A stretch of DNA of 63,565 bases, filler included, from Guillardia theta CCMP2712 (taxonomy: Eukaryota > Protista > Cryptophyta): NCBI RefSeq assembly GCF_000315625.1. It is 5 parts of 5 records of this genome, joined end to end, with 100 filler letters (N's around TTAATTAATTAA, not from the genome) between each part and the next. Parts side by side here need not be neighbours in the genome. Positions count along the whole stretch, not along the records: positions 1 to 5,074 come from NW_005434183.1; positions 5,175 to 21,509 come from NW_005434375.1; 3 more parts are not named here. One strand, written 5' to 3'. The notes beneath the pieces were generated by a model that saw nothing but the letters and a program-made list of their open reading frames with translations, did no database searches and was not told where the DNA came from. The position numbers and the translations under genes were made by a program. Of this stretch, positions 1 through 11,800 are shown piece by piece. Positions within the stretch are counted from its first letter, which is position 1. Each line of letters begins with the position of its first letter.

Positions 1-149
1 GTTTGCGGCTTCTGATAGTTCAAGTATCCTGTACGAAATTACAATACTACCGGTATAAGGATGCCTCAAATGAGGGGTACCTATCGAACAGGGGTCCTGC
101 TGTTTGTCTTTTTTCTTTTGGTGCCCTTAGATGGTGGAAAACAAACTAG

Positions 150-510
150 AGAGAGAGGGAGAGCGAGGGAGAGGGCGAGACTGAGAGGGCGAGACTGAGA
201 GGGCGAGACTGAGAGGGCGAGACTGAGAGGGCGAGACTGGGCGAGAGGGAGAGAGGGAGAGGGAGAACGAGACCGAGACCGTGAGGGTGACCGTGAGGAT
301 GAGCGTGAGCGGGAGCGTGAGCGGGAGGGAGCGGGAGGCAAAGGGGAAAGGAGGAGAAGAGGAAGAGGAAGAGGAAGAGGAAGAGGAAGAGGAAGAGGAA
401 GAGGAAGAGGAAGAGGGGACGGCAGAGGGAGAGGATGGGGATGAAACGAGGGAGATAGTGAGGGGAAGGAGAGGAAGAGGAAGAGGAGAGGAAGAGAAGA
501 GCAAGGAGGG
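150..510. repeat. Purine-rich micro/minisatellites: (GAGAGGGCGAGACT)n, (GAGCGT/G)n, (GAAGAG)n
   Basis: Directly visible tandem units; the overlapping ORFs are low-complexity by-products. Confidence 0.9.
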
Positions 511-1302
511 AGCAATTTAAGAGCAAGAAGAAAGCAGGAAGAGATTGCGCTCAGAGGGTGGGGAGAGGTTGGTGTAATAGATTCTGAGGGGCAATAGAAG
601 GGTCAAGCAGAGAAAAAGGCGAGTTGGTTCGAAATAGATGGATTGACGAAAAGAGCGTAAGTAAGAGGAAAGAAGCATGGAAAGAAGGGAAGGAAATGAT
701 TGGAGGGGTTTATGAAAGTGTGATGAAGTCTCCACAATGCTACCTTTAGTGTATGAGGATGCGATAATCGAAATACGCCAAGGAATGAATGAGAGGCAGA
801 GGCAGTATTGCTTTTGTGTAAGAAATCCAGGAAAGCAGTTTATGGAGAACCGGTGGGCAGCATGGAATAGTTAAGCATTGAGGTAGGTTTGATCGATTGA
901 ACCGACAAAACGTATTACTCTTTCCCTTGCCCTTGTAGGCAGAACACTCATCAAGCTGGCAGGCAAAGAAGTCTACTTCAAGGAATCACAACCTGAAAGT
1001 CTATTATTCAAGAGTCAAGGTTCTATCGATGTGAAATTGCGAGTCATATTTCAACGGGTGGACTGATCTGCACGGGCAAAATTCCAAGTTGGTACTGCCA
1101 ACGTTGTCATAGATGTGCGTGCTGAACTGAACAACAAAAAATCGAGTCCTGAGAATTCAGAGACCTGAGCATCTTTCATTTCTCACGCGTTCCAACAGAC
1201 AGTGCGAACTGGATATTTGAGCAATGATATCATACGAACTCGAGGTTTTTCGTGTTTCGGTGGGTTTATTTCACATGTTTTCACTAATCAAACACAGAAG
1301 GT

Positions 1303-1841
1303 TTACTTGCCCTGGGCCTGGCGGCGCTTGAGGTACTCCTCGAAGCTCTCAGCAGGGCTGCAACAAGCTGTCAGCTCCTCCTCTCTCCTCTCTCAGTCAC
1401 TCACGGGATGTAGGTCTGCTTGGACTTGGGGTCGTTGGGGTCGAGCTGGGTGGACTTGGGGTCACGGGTGTGAGCCTTCTTCTCGCCTCCCCATCCAGCG
1501 TCGGGGAGATCACCAGCGTCCTGAGCAGGCTTGCACATGCGGAGGGCAGTGCCAGCGCGCTGTATCAAAGCGTCAATGTCTCTTCAAGATCCCCCGAGCT
1601 CTGGAAGGGGTTGAGAGACAAGACAAGTAGAACCCCAACAGCGACGAACAACTCAAGAGGAGGGTAATCCGACATCCCGGATACAAGTACCCTCTATCAT
1701 CGACAAACAAGCAGTGGAAAGGAAGGTGGAGGATCCAGGAGGAGGAGGAGGAGGAGAAGGAGGATAGCGCATTCACGAGCTACTCACAGCGGCGAAGAGG
1801 CCGGAGAGCGCGGGGGTGGCAGAGCTGATGGGAGCGAGCAT
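1303..1841 (-). CDS. Small 87-aa three-exon protein of unknown function, copy A (MLAPISSATPALSGLFAA/RAGTALRMCKPAQ...DPNDPKSKQTYIP/PAESFEEYLKRRQAQGK)
   Basis: ATG at 1841, GTGAGT donors and CAG acceptors keep frame to TAA at 1305-1303. TATA-like TATAAG about 35 nt upstream. Same exon structure as copy B. Confidence 0.8.
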
Positions 1842-3082
1842 GGCAGCGATTCAGCGGCCGATGCTTCCTCCCTGCTTATATCCCCTGCAGACTACCCCAC
1901 CCTCCTTCTTATGTGCTTCGACTAATTCTTGAGGGTAGGGTATACTACCCCACCTATCTTACCAAGCCTTGCAAGAATGGATCAGAGGGGTGCTTCTTCC
2001 TCTTGACAGCGATAGTTGAGCGAGTAGAGGGGGTGAATAACGAGGAGAATCAGGGGGTACTTGTAGAAGGGGGTGGGTCACGATCATATTGAGAGGTTCA
2101 TGACCCCACCCTCTTCAGCCCTGTGGACCACCCCCATTCTTAGTGCAGATAGTGGGATGGGTCCCCATGGGAAATGAGTGGGTCCAGCAAGGAGTCGAGG
2201 GGGGTGGGACAGAGATCCGAGGGTTCATTCAAATAAGGGGTAGTTTTGCTATTGAAGGATGGGTAGGGGTGGGTGCAGGAAATTTCCTCTGGGACTTTTA
2301 AGAGAAAACAGGTCAGAAAAGAGAGGCCGGATGAGGAGGGGGTACTGGGAAACCTAGGGGTACGGATAGGTCAATTAGTGGGTAGGGGTCAACATGCACC
2401 TCCTATTAGACATTTTTGAAATATTTCGATGTAAATTGAAAAACGACAAAACAATTTGGGACAATTGTTGAAGAGGGATCGCCGGGGGTCAGAAAGTTGA
2501 AATCGCTTCCTTTTGACATTTGGTAGAATAGAGAATGTTTACTCAAATAGTCTATATAATTAGTTGTTTTCTTGCTTGTATCTCCCTTGTGATCCGAGTC
2601 TTCTGGAATATCGAAAACAAGTCTTTTAGAGATTTCGGATTTCTCTTTACAGCACTACCCCACCTATACACTTGAAAATGATGCTGATAAAGAACTTTAG
2701 GGTTTGATAAGAGAGGACCCCTTTTTTTAGATGAGAATTCGGAGGAAAGGTACATAGGGGTACCTACCCCCACCCTGTTTTTCGGAACGCTACCCTTGGG
2801 CTGGGGGACATTTGGCCTATGGGCCGCATTTTTCCCTGGCTACCACCCCACCCTTGAAATGCCGGGGGCTATAAGAGGATCGGGGCCGCTATGAAGAGTG
2901 GGGTGGTGTGGTGGGGGTAGGAGTAAAACTGTGAGATATAGGGGGGTGATACTTGGGAAATTTGGGGGTATAGCCATAGGGGGTGGGGGACCGTGTGCTG
3001 GTGGTAAGATTATTATGGAAGGGGTGGGGGTGGTTTCCTTCAGGAATATAAAGAAGGAGCACAGCTACCGTTCCGCATCGCA

Positions 3083-3582
3083 ATGCTCGCTCCCATCAGC
3101 TCCGCCACCCCCGCGCTCTCAGGCCTCTTCGCCGCTGTGAGTAGCTCATACCTGCCCCTTCCTCTCTTCCTCTGTTGAATGTTCTTTCTCATGTTCTAGA
3201 ATGGCGGGTATTCCGCTCCCATCTCGCTCTTGCAATACCCAGTTTATGTACTTTCTTTCCCGAATCCTGCCTATCCTCTCCCATCCTGTCAGCAAGTCGA
3301 TTACGGTTCTGACGCTTTGATACAGCGCGCTGGCACTGCCCTCCGCATGTGCAAGCCTGCTCAGGACGCTGGTGATCTCCCCGACGCTGGATGGGGAGGC
3401 GAGAAGAAGGCTCACACCCGTGACCCCAAGTCCACCCAGCTCGACCCCAACGACCCCAAGTCCAAGCAGACCTACATCCCGTGAGTGACTGAGAGAGGAG
3501 AGAGGAGGAGCTGACAGCTTGTTGCAGCCCTGCTGAGAGCTTCGAGGAGTACCTCAAGCGCCGCCAGGCCCAGGGCAAGTAA
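3083..3582 (+). CDS. Small 87-aa three-exon protein of unknown function, copy B (exons 3083-3136, 3326-3480, 3528-3582)
   Basis: Manual splicing gives 264 nt in frame. TATAAA at about 3048. CTGAC branch-like motifs precede both acceptors. The transit-peptide-like N-terminus ends in TALRM. Confidence 0.8.
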
Positions 3583-3899
3583 ACGATCTGATGTCGCGAT
3601 TATTCTTTTAGCAGTGAATAAACCAATGTGAAACTGGAATCATGTGGTAACAGCTGAGTTGAGTGTACTCGACTGATGTTGAGCTACAAGTTAACATGTG
3701 TTGTGCTCCTTCACTTCGACTCAGCTACGACCCTCCTGTAGTGCCTGTACGCTTTCTTCGCTGTGAGAAGAATCTCACTGCATCGAAATGTTAGCATGGT
3801 TCGTCCTGCCCTCATCCCCTCGTGCTCTCCTCCCAGCCTCCACCTCATCGCTACAGCCCATCCTAGCTCTACCATAGCAGACCTCACCTGCTGCAGCCT

Positions 3900-4870
3900 T
3901 CGCCCTCCTCCTGCATCTTCTGCTCATGGACGAGGAAATCTCTCAGGGTGCTGAGTTGCGTCAGCAGAGGAGGGAGCAAGTGAGGGCTGACCGTAGGATC
4001 TGATGCTCTTGCTTGCTCGAAGTCTTGAGGAGGAAGACAGAAAAGTAGTGGACCTGACACCAAATGATCCCCACCATCACCATCCCCTTCCTCTCCTCCT
4101 CCTTACTCCCTGTTCCTCCTGTTCCACCTTCCCTCCCCTCCCCCGTCCCCCTCCCTCCCTCCTCCCTGCTCTTTCTCCCCATCCCTCGTCTCTCCTTCAA
4201 CGTACCATCTTACACGGACTGTCGCGGTTTCGAAATTTGCCGAAGGCGATAGCAGCATTCTGAGAGTTTATGAGAGGAAACATCGGAGAGGAGGTGGAAG
4301 AGGAAGACGAAGACGACGAGGACGAGGACGCTCTCACCTTATAATTGACATCAGGAAATTCTTCGCTCCTCTGCAGCGCTTCGTCGTAGAGCTCTGCGGC
4401 TACACGATATGCTTCCTGCTGCTGACATCAGGACAGACATCCAGCTCTCCTCCCATTTCTTCCTCTCCTGAATCTACTCCTCTTTCCCTCCTCTCCTCTC
4501 CTCCCCTCCCCTCCCCTCTCCTCTCCCTTCCTCTCCCTTCCTCTCCCTCCTCGCTCGCTCCCACACTCTCCTCTGCCTCCTCGACTTCACCTGGCTCCCA
4601 AGCTCGTCCGCGTACGTCATCACCGCCAACGCTGGCTTCGTGAGAGCTGCTGGAGGTCAACCACCAGCTGGGCTAGAGCTGACCGGTCAGGTAACCTGCC
4701 ACGTAGTCCCCGTAGGCGACATGCTCCCACGTTCCCTCCCCCGACTCGCTCCTCCTCGTCATCCTCCCTGGCCGCAACCTTCTGACTTCCTCTACCCACC
4801 TGACCCTCCGTCAGACACGAGCCAGCAAGCGAGTCAAAAGCAGCGGAAGTGCCGAGGGGGAACCTGGAGG
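3900..4870 (-). CDS. 3' exons of an unidentified multi-exon gene cut off by the contig end (e.g. QEAYRVAAELYDEALQRSEEFPDVNYK / NAAIAFGKFRNRDSPCKM, possibly TPR-like)
   Basis: Short exon-like segments bounded by AG/GT between purine-rich introns; boundaries approximate. Confidence 0.35.
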
Positions 4871-4920
4871 ACGGAAAGAGGGGACAAAGCCAGAGGAGGT
4901 GCAAGGCTGAAGTTGTGTAC

Positions 4921-5074
<154 letters not shown>

Positions 5075-5174
5075 NNNNNNNNNNNNNNNNNNNNNNNNNN
5101 NNNNNNNNNNNNNNNNNNTTAATTAATTAANNNNNNNNNNNNNNNNNNNNNNNNNNNNNNNNNNNNNNNNNNNN
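5075..5174. other. Artificial contig-join linker N44-TTAATTAATTAA-N44
   Basis: Exactly 100 nt, stop codons in all six frames, repeated identically four times in the window. Confidence 0.97.
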
Positions 5175-5197
5175 CCCCTCACGGGAAAACATACACC

Positions 5198-5896
5198 TGA
5201 CCGAGACAAGACTTTTTTATATCGCAGATCCAAAAACCCATAGGACATTTCTCCCAGGGGGAAGAAAACCTCCCTTGACCCCCCTGTTTCTCGACGGATC
5301 CTGCCGGCCGGGCCCGTCAGTAGACCGACTGCAGCCTTCAGCCCCGCCTCAGACCCCCTGGAGGCCCGCCAGGAGGCTAAGTGTCCGGAGATTGGCCGGG
5401 GGCCTGATCTCTCCGGGCGGCCGTGACCGGTCAGCGGACCGTGTCAGCAGGCCCGTGACATGTCAGCCGGCTGACAGGGGCCGTGACCCGGCTGACAGGC
5501 TCACCTGACCGGTCACGTGACACATCACGTGACCGAGACAAGACTTTTTTATATCGCAGATCCAAAAACCCATAGGACATTTCTCCCAGGGGGAAGAAAA
5601 CCTCCCTTGACCCCCCTGTTTCTCGACGGATCCTGCCGGCCGGGCCCGTCAGTAGACCGACTGCAGCCTTCAGCCCCGCCTCAGACCCCCTGGAGGCCCG
5701 CCAGGAGGCTAAGTGTCCGGAGATTGGCCGGGGGCCTGATCTCTCCGGGCGGCCGTGACCGGTCAGCGGGCCGTGTCAGCAGGCCCGTGACATGTCAGCC
5801 GGCTGACAGGGGCCGTGACCCGGCTGACAGGCTCACCTGACCGGTCACGTGACACATCACGTGACCGAGACAAGACTTTTTTATATCGCAGATCCA
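5198..5896 (+). repeat. Left tandem array, about 2.1 copies of the 332-bp unit
   Basis: GATCCA recurs at 5227, 5559 and 5891 (period 332). One substitution seen (G at 5770, A in the other copies). Confidence 0.97.
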
Positions 5897-8800
5897 GCAG
5901 GCCTTCTGGAATGTATCTGAGAGGACGACGTGGCTGGTACCTTGGGTGAGGAAGACCCTACCCTGGTCCATCAGCCCGCGGATTAGGCCCGGGAGGAGAT
6001 CGCCGATGGCGTGGATGAGGACGATCTCGACCCTTGTTACCCCGGCGACTCCTATCCTCACTGACAATAGCGAATCTTGTATCGATTCAGACATAGAGGG
6101 GAATTCAATACCCGATGTGTAAGGAATCCAGGAGCTGTTCAGCCCGAAGCGGAAGGCGGCGGGGAGCTTCCTTTCGTCCACCGAGACGAGGCTCGCCGTG
6201 CAGGTTTCCAGGAATTTCCCTGTGAGGGCCACCCCTGTGAAGGCATATCCACCTTTCCTGGAAGCCAACAGGAGGGTAACCCTCGCTGTATCAAACTCAT
6301 TGGCAAGCTGGGGTGTTTGAAAGATGACGTACATCGGCCAACCCGGCCGCCAGGTGAAGAGCCTCTCGCAATGGGCCCCGGCCGTGTTCTGGTCGATGAC
6401 GACTGCGCCGTGGAGTACCGGGCTCCCGGACCAGCATGAAGGGAGGGGGGCCAGGCTTGCGCATATCCTCTGCTCATCGATGACATCCCACCCCTTCCAG
6501 CCGCCATAGCGGAGTATGTAGGTCATGGCCTGGGCTCTTACCAGCAGCTCCTCGTCTCCCCCGAAGACGAAGCGGGCGGCGTACATGTTCGAGCTTGCGA
6601 ACCGGTACAGTGAGAGGGAGAGGTAGGAGACCATCCCCGGCTGCACCTTCTGGATTACCGACACGGAGGCCGAAACGCCACGACTGTAGCTCACCCTATG
6701 GTAGACCGTGTGATACGTTGCAGACAGGGTGGAGTCTACCTGGATGAACGTGGCCGCAATGTAGAAGCTGCAGTTCAGCCACCCCTGACCCCAGGGCGTG
6801 CAGTTCACGACGGGCTCCAGCGCGGCGGCGTCGATGGAGAAGCGATAGAGCCCGCCGTAAGCAGGGGAGAGGGTCATGAACCCGTACGTGTCCTGTCCGT
6901 AGGGAACGTACTTGTCATAGAATGCATTCTCTAGTTCTTCACAGTTGCAAGTCCCGTTGGGACAGGTCTGGTACGTGACGGAGAGAGAGGCGGGGAGGAG
7001 TTCTTCGGAAGTATCACCTTGGATCTCGGAGAGGCAGCATGCCTTGCATTCGACTCTTGGGATGCTCCTAGAAACATACAGGACAGGGATGGATGTCCCG
7101 GAGGTGTGTCTTAGCAGCATACTCCCGATGATAGCGTCATGGAACCCATCCCCGGAGACGTTCGTGATGATCAGATCGTCAGTGACAGGGGAGAGGAGCT
7201 TGGACTCTGGCTGGCACGCGTCGTAGGCCTCATCGAGGATGTAGCCCGGGTCGCAGCGGGCTAGGCAGGAGTAGTCGGTGACGAGGTAGTGCTTTGCGAT
7301 GCTGTCGCTGAGAGGGCAGGACTGGCAGGGCTGGTCTCCCAGTCCCTTTTTGAAAGAGAGTGCACCGCAGGGGACGCAGGTCTTCGTAGCATTGGTCATG
7401 GAAGCAAGGCCATAGTCAGGTATGCACTTGCATGAATCGCTCGAGTTGGAGGCGCTGGTTGCCGTTGTAGTGTAGAGGCCGATGGCTGTGCACGGAGTGC
7501 AGAACGAAGAAGCGGGCAATTCGGAGAAGTAGCCCACCGAACACGGGACGCACACCTCCGTGTTGCTCAGAGAGGGTTTGTAATTTCCAGGACTACAGGG
7601 ACTGCATGTGTCCTCCCCGATCCTCTCGTATCCCGACTCACAGATGCAACCATCGATGCTCGCCGTGCTAGAGAGCGATAGGGAGTGGTTGGGGCAAGAC
7701 AGGCAGCTGCTGGAATCCACCGCCCCGTACTCGGGCTGGTACGTGTTGAAATCACAGGAGGAGCACGGAAGGTTGCTGACGCCGGGTTTGTAATGCCCAG
7801 GGTAGCAGGTCCGGCAGCCCTTCAAGGGCACCAGCGGGTCGACCGGGGTGTTACCCGGGAGGCAGCGGCAACTTCCCGTGCTCTGGCTACCCGTGAAGAG
7901 CGTCGTCATGCCGGAGGGGCAGGGGACACAGCCTGAAACGACCTCGATCGAGTTCGAGGCGTAGTAGCCTTCCTTGCAGGGAGGACAGGATGTCTGTCCC
8001 TTCGCAATGCCGGAGGTGCCGAGTGGGCAGTATTCACAGTACAGCGAAGCATTCCCGGCAGCGTAAGACCCCCTTTCACAGGGACGGCAGGCTTCGTTCA
8101 GCGTGCTATCCTTGAACTTTCCGGGTTGGCAGGCCGTGCAGGCCATGTCGTAGCCCCCCGACGCTACTGGCTGCAGTCTGTACTCGTACCCTGGGACGCA
8201 CCGGCAGTCGTACTGGAACTCCGCCGCGGCCCTGTACGTGATGGAGTTGGCCGGGCACGGGAGGCACTGCTCGGCTCGGGTGGCGGCTATGATGGGTTGG
8301 TAGGTGTCAAAGTCACAGGGAATGCAGGCGGAGGACCCGTTGGTGTCTTCGTAGAAGCCAGCGGGGCAGGGCTCGCACTGGGCCAAGGCGGGAGAATTTC
8401 CAAAGTAACCCGGGGGACAGGGCTCGCAGAAGAGCATGCCGGGACCCCGATAGTGCCCAACCAGGCAGGCCACGCATTGGTAGACCCCCGCGACGAGCTG
8501 GATCTCGTAGCCCTCTGCGCAGACACAGTCGAAGACGCTGCCTGAAAGTGCAGGGCTCGTCGAGTTGGGAGGGCAGTCGCGGCAGACAAGGCGGAACTCA
8601 TTGGAGTAAGTGTTGTTGTCGCAGCCAATGCACTCCCGCAGTCCAAAGTCAAGGCGGTAGCCCGGCTCGCAGCTGATGCAGGAGGTGTACCCAAAATCGG
8701 AGTAGGTGCCTTCTTCACAGTCCTCACAGTGGGTGGCGTTGGCGTCTGCGTAGGTCTGCGGCACGCACTGGAGACAGGCGCTGAAGCCGGGGAGGGAGAC

Positions 8801-11800
8801 CGAGCCCTGGTCACAGGGTATACACTCCCCGGATGCTGCAAGCGAGTATGTTCCGCCTGTACAGATCAGGCAAGAGGATGTTCCGGGGGATGGGGCGTGG
8901 TAGCCCGCCGAGCAGTTCTGGCAGGTGAGGGAGGTGTTGGAGCCTTCGGCTCTGGATGCCTTCCCGATCGGGCACAGAGAGCAGAAGCTTTGGCCGGAAT
9001 ATTCCTGGTAGCTCCCCGGGAAGCATTCCGGACAAAAGGGGTTTGCGGGTTGGGGTCCATGAGTGCCTGAGAGGCAAGGCCTGCACGAAGATCGGTCGGA
9101 AAGGCTCGTCTGTCCGAACCCGCACTCGATACAGGCCGTTTCCGAGGCGTTGGAGAAAAAGCCATCGGGGCAGGCGGCGCAGGGCCCACCGTCCGGCCCA
9201 CCATAGCCGTCGTCGCATTCACAATCGGTCTTCCTGGTGGAAGCTTCCGGTGAAGAGGAGAAGTTGGTGCAGGCGAGGCAGTCCGAGGACCGAGAGGACT
9301 GGTTCAGCGGGTTGTAAGTGTCAGTGGGGCAAGCTTCGCAGACGCGGTTGGAGACGGTATCCTTGTAGTACCCCTCCAGGCACTTTGTGCACTTCCCGGA
9401 TACGTACCCAAAGCCCCCCAGGCACTGACAACCCAGCTCCACCGCTGTTCCTTCCGCAGAGATGCTGTTCTCACGGCAGGGCTGGCAGGAGTCTTCCGAG
9501 ATGGCAGCGGGGGTGGTGCTGTAGGTGTTGTTCGGGCAGGGCGTACATTCCGCGGAGCCGTAGGTTGTCTTGTATCCCCCGGGTATGCACGCACTGCAAT
9601 TCCCAAAGGTCCCGGTGTAGCCAGGGTCGCAGAGGCATGCCGCGAGGGTGGCCTTGATGGAATCGAAGCTCGTGCTGTGGGAGGGGCATTCCAGGCAGAA
9701 CCCTACGGAAACCGCCGCCAGGGTGTCGGAGTAGCGGTCATCCGGGCAGATCTCACACGGCAGATCACCCTGCGCGTCTTTGTAGGTTCCGACAGGACAG
9801 GGAGAGCAGGCCTGCCCATTCCTGCCGAAGTGACCATGGGTGCAGCGGCATCCTGTGATATTCCCTGTATGATTATCACTGGTTGTGTTATCGGGACACT
9901 TCTGGCAGTCGCTCTCTGCTACAGCTGTCAGATCCTCCGAGTACGTTCCCGCTGGGCAGGCATCACAGACGCTCTGGTTGTAACGCGCGGCATAGTAACC
10001 GGGCCCGCACTCCCGGCAGACGAAAGTGATGTCACCGTCCACGGCGTAGTAACCCGGGACGCAGCTGCAGTTTGATACAGACGAGGAGCCGTTCCTGGAG
10101 ATTGCATTGGAAGGGCATCGTATGCATTGATCGATGCTAGAACCCCCGTCGGATTGCAGGAATGTATCCTCCGGGCACTTCAGGCAGCGGGCGGAGTTGC
10201 CGAAGCCGACCTTGTAGGTCCCGGGTCTGCATATCTGGCACTCGCCGGAGTTGTACTCGTACCCTGGCTCACAAAGACACTCCGATGGGGAGACCGAGCC
10301 TGGCGGGGAGACCGAGTTGGGCTGGCATGTCTTGCACGCCGAAAGGCCCCGCTCGTCCGCGTAGGTGTTGTTTGGACAGATAGTGCATGAAACATTACCG
10401 AAAGTGGCCTTGCTGTATCCCTTCTCACACTGTGTGCAAGTCAGACCCCCTTGATGAATACCACCTGCGAACCCAGGGTTGCAGAGACAGGAAGCAACAT
10501 CGATTGCGACTCTAGTGCTGTTCCCGGTACAGGAGACGCAGTTGGAGGCGCTGGGGGAGGTGCTCACGGTGGAGTACTGGTTGTCCCCGCAAGGGGTGCA
10601 GGTGAACTGGTTGAGGTTGTCGGAGTAGAAGCCCGCCGGGCAAGACAGGCAGGCGTCCCCCTCGCGGTAGTAGCCCCTGACGCATAGGCACTGGGAGATG
10701 AGCGGAGTACCGCTGGGGGAGGTGGAGTTGGCGGGGCAAGCCCTGCAATCGCTTGCGTTGACCGTCCCGATCTCGGGAAGGTAGGTGTTACCGGGGCATG
10801 GAGAGCAGGGCACCGTCGCACGGAAGTCCTTCCAGTACCCCGCGGGGCAGAGCCGGCAGTCGGAGTTGTTGTAAGACCCGTACCCGACCTCGCAGAGACA
10901 GTCCGCCTTGGACGAGGAGCGGGCAGCGGAGTAGGTGTTGGCTGGGCAGTCCAAGGGTTCCGGGGTGCCGAAGGGGCAGTATGTTAGCTCCTGGCAGTCG
11001 AAGCACTCCCCCGAGGCGGAGGTGTAGGAGCCCGCCGCGCAGAAGCAGTTGGAGGCGTTGCTGGTCGCAGGGAGGGAGTAGCGGTTCAGCGGGCACCTGG
11101 CAATGTTCGACCCGCCTTCGCAATAGAAGTTCTCCGGGCAGGTCAGGCATTTGTACCGGATCGAGTTGGGGTCGGCGTAGTAGCCCGGGTCGCACACGCA
11201 GGATCCCGACCCCGTCGTGCTCGTGCTGAACTCTGTGCAGTTGTAGATCCCGTTGTCGTAGCAGCTGAAACCCGAGGGGCAGAGGAGACACTCCGTCGTG
11301 AAGAGGCTGGTGGAGTAGAAGCCATCGAAGCAGGTGCAGAAGAAGTTGCTCTGCGAGTTGGGAGGGGAGGTCGAGAAGGGAGGGCACAAGAACTGCGTCT
11401 CATTGAAGCAGTAGGAGCCGGCGGGGCAGTCGACACATATGGCGCACTCGCAGTAGTAACCCGGACCGCGGTAGCCCTCGTTGCAGGTGCATAGAAAGCT
11501 TCCGGGGGTGTTGCTGCAGGTGGCGTGGTCAAGGCAGGAGGTGTTGGTGGCGTCGAAGGTAAAGCCGGGCTTGCACTCGCAGCGGTAGGATCCATCGAGG
11601 TCGATGCACATGGAGTTTTCGAAGCAAGGGTTTCCCGCGCACTCGTCGAGGTTGATGCATAGTCCCGTCTCGGGGTCTTCGCCGTAGCCTTCAATGCAGT
11701 TGCACTCGAAGCTTCCAACCGTGTCGGTGCAGACGGAGCTGATCGGGCAGGGGGCTACCGCCGCGGCGCATTCGTTAAGGTTTACGCAGGCAGATTCGGA

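Noticed and set aside
5119-5130. TTAATTAATTAA palindrome flanking the cassette, resembling piggyBac TTAA target sites
   Set aside because: It sits inside N44...N44 and recurs identically at four places, so it is an artificial linker. Adjacency across these linkers carries no biological meaning.
5517-5840. 107-aa ORF (MTHHVTETRLF…) repeated in each 332-bp unit
   Set aside because: GTG start, GC-rich Arg/Pro/Ala composition, no recognisable motif, and a unit length not divisible by 3. Most likely incidental, although it spans almost the whole unit.
5198-5896. 332-bp unit as a hammerhead or HDV-like retrozyme
   Set aside because: By eye I found no CUGANGA…GAAA core on either strand, and a GCCTCCTGGCGGGC segment did not complete an HDV-like pseudoknot. 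A covariance-model search is needed to exclude it fully.
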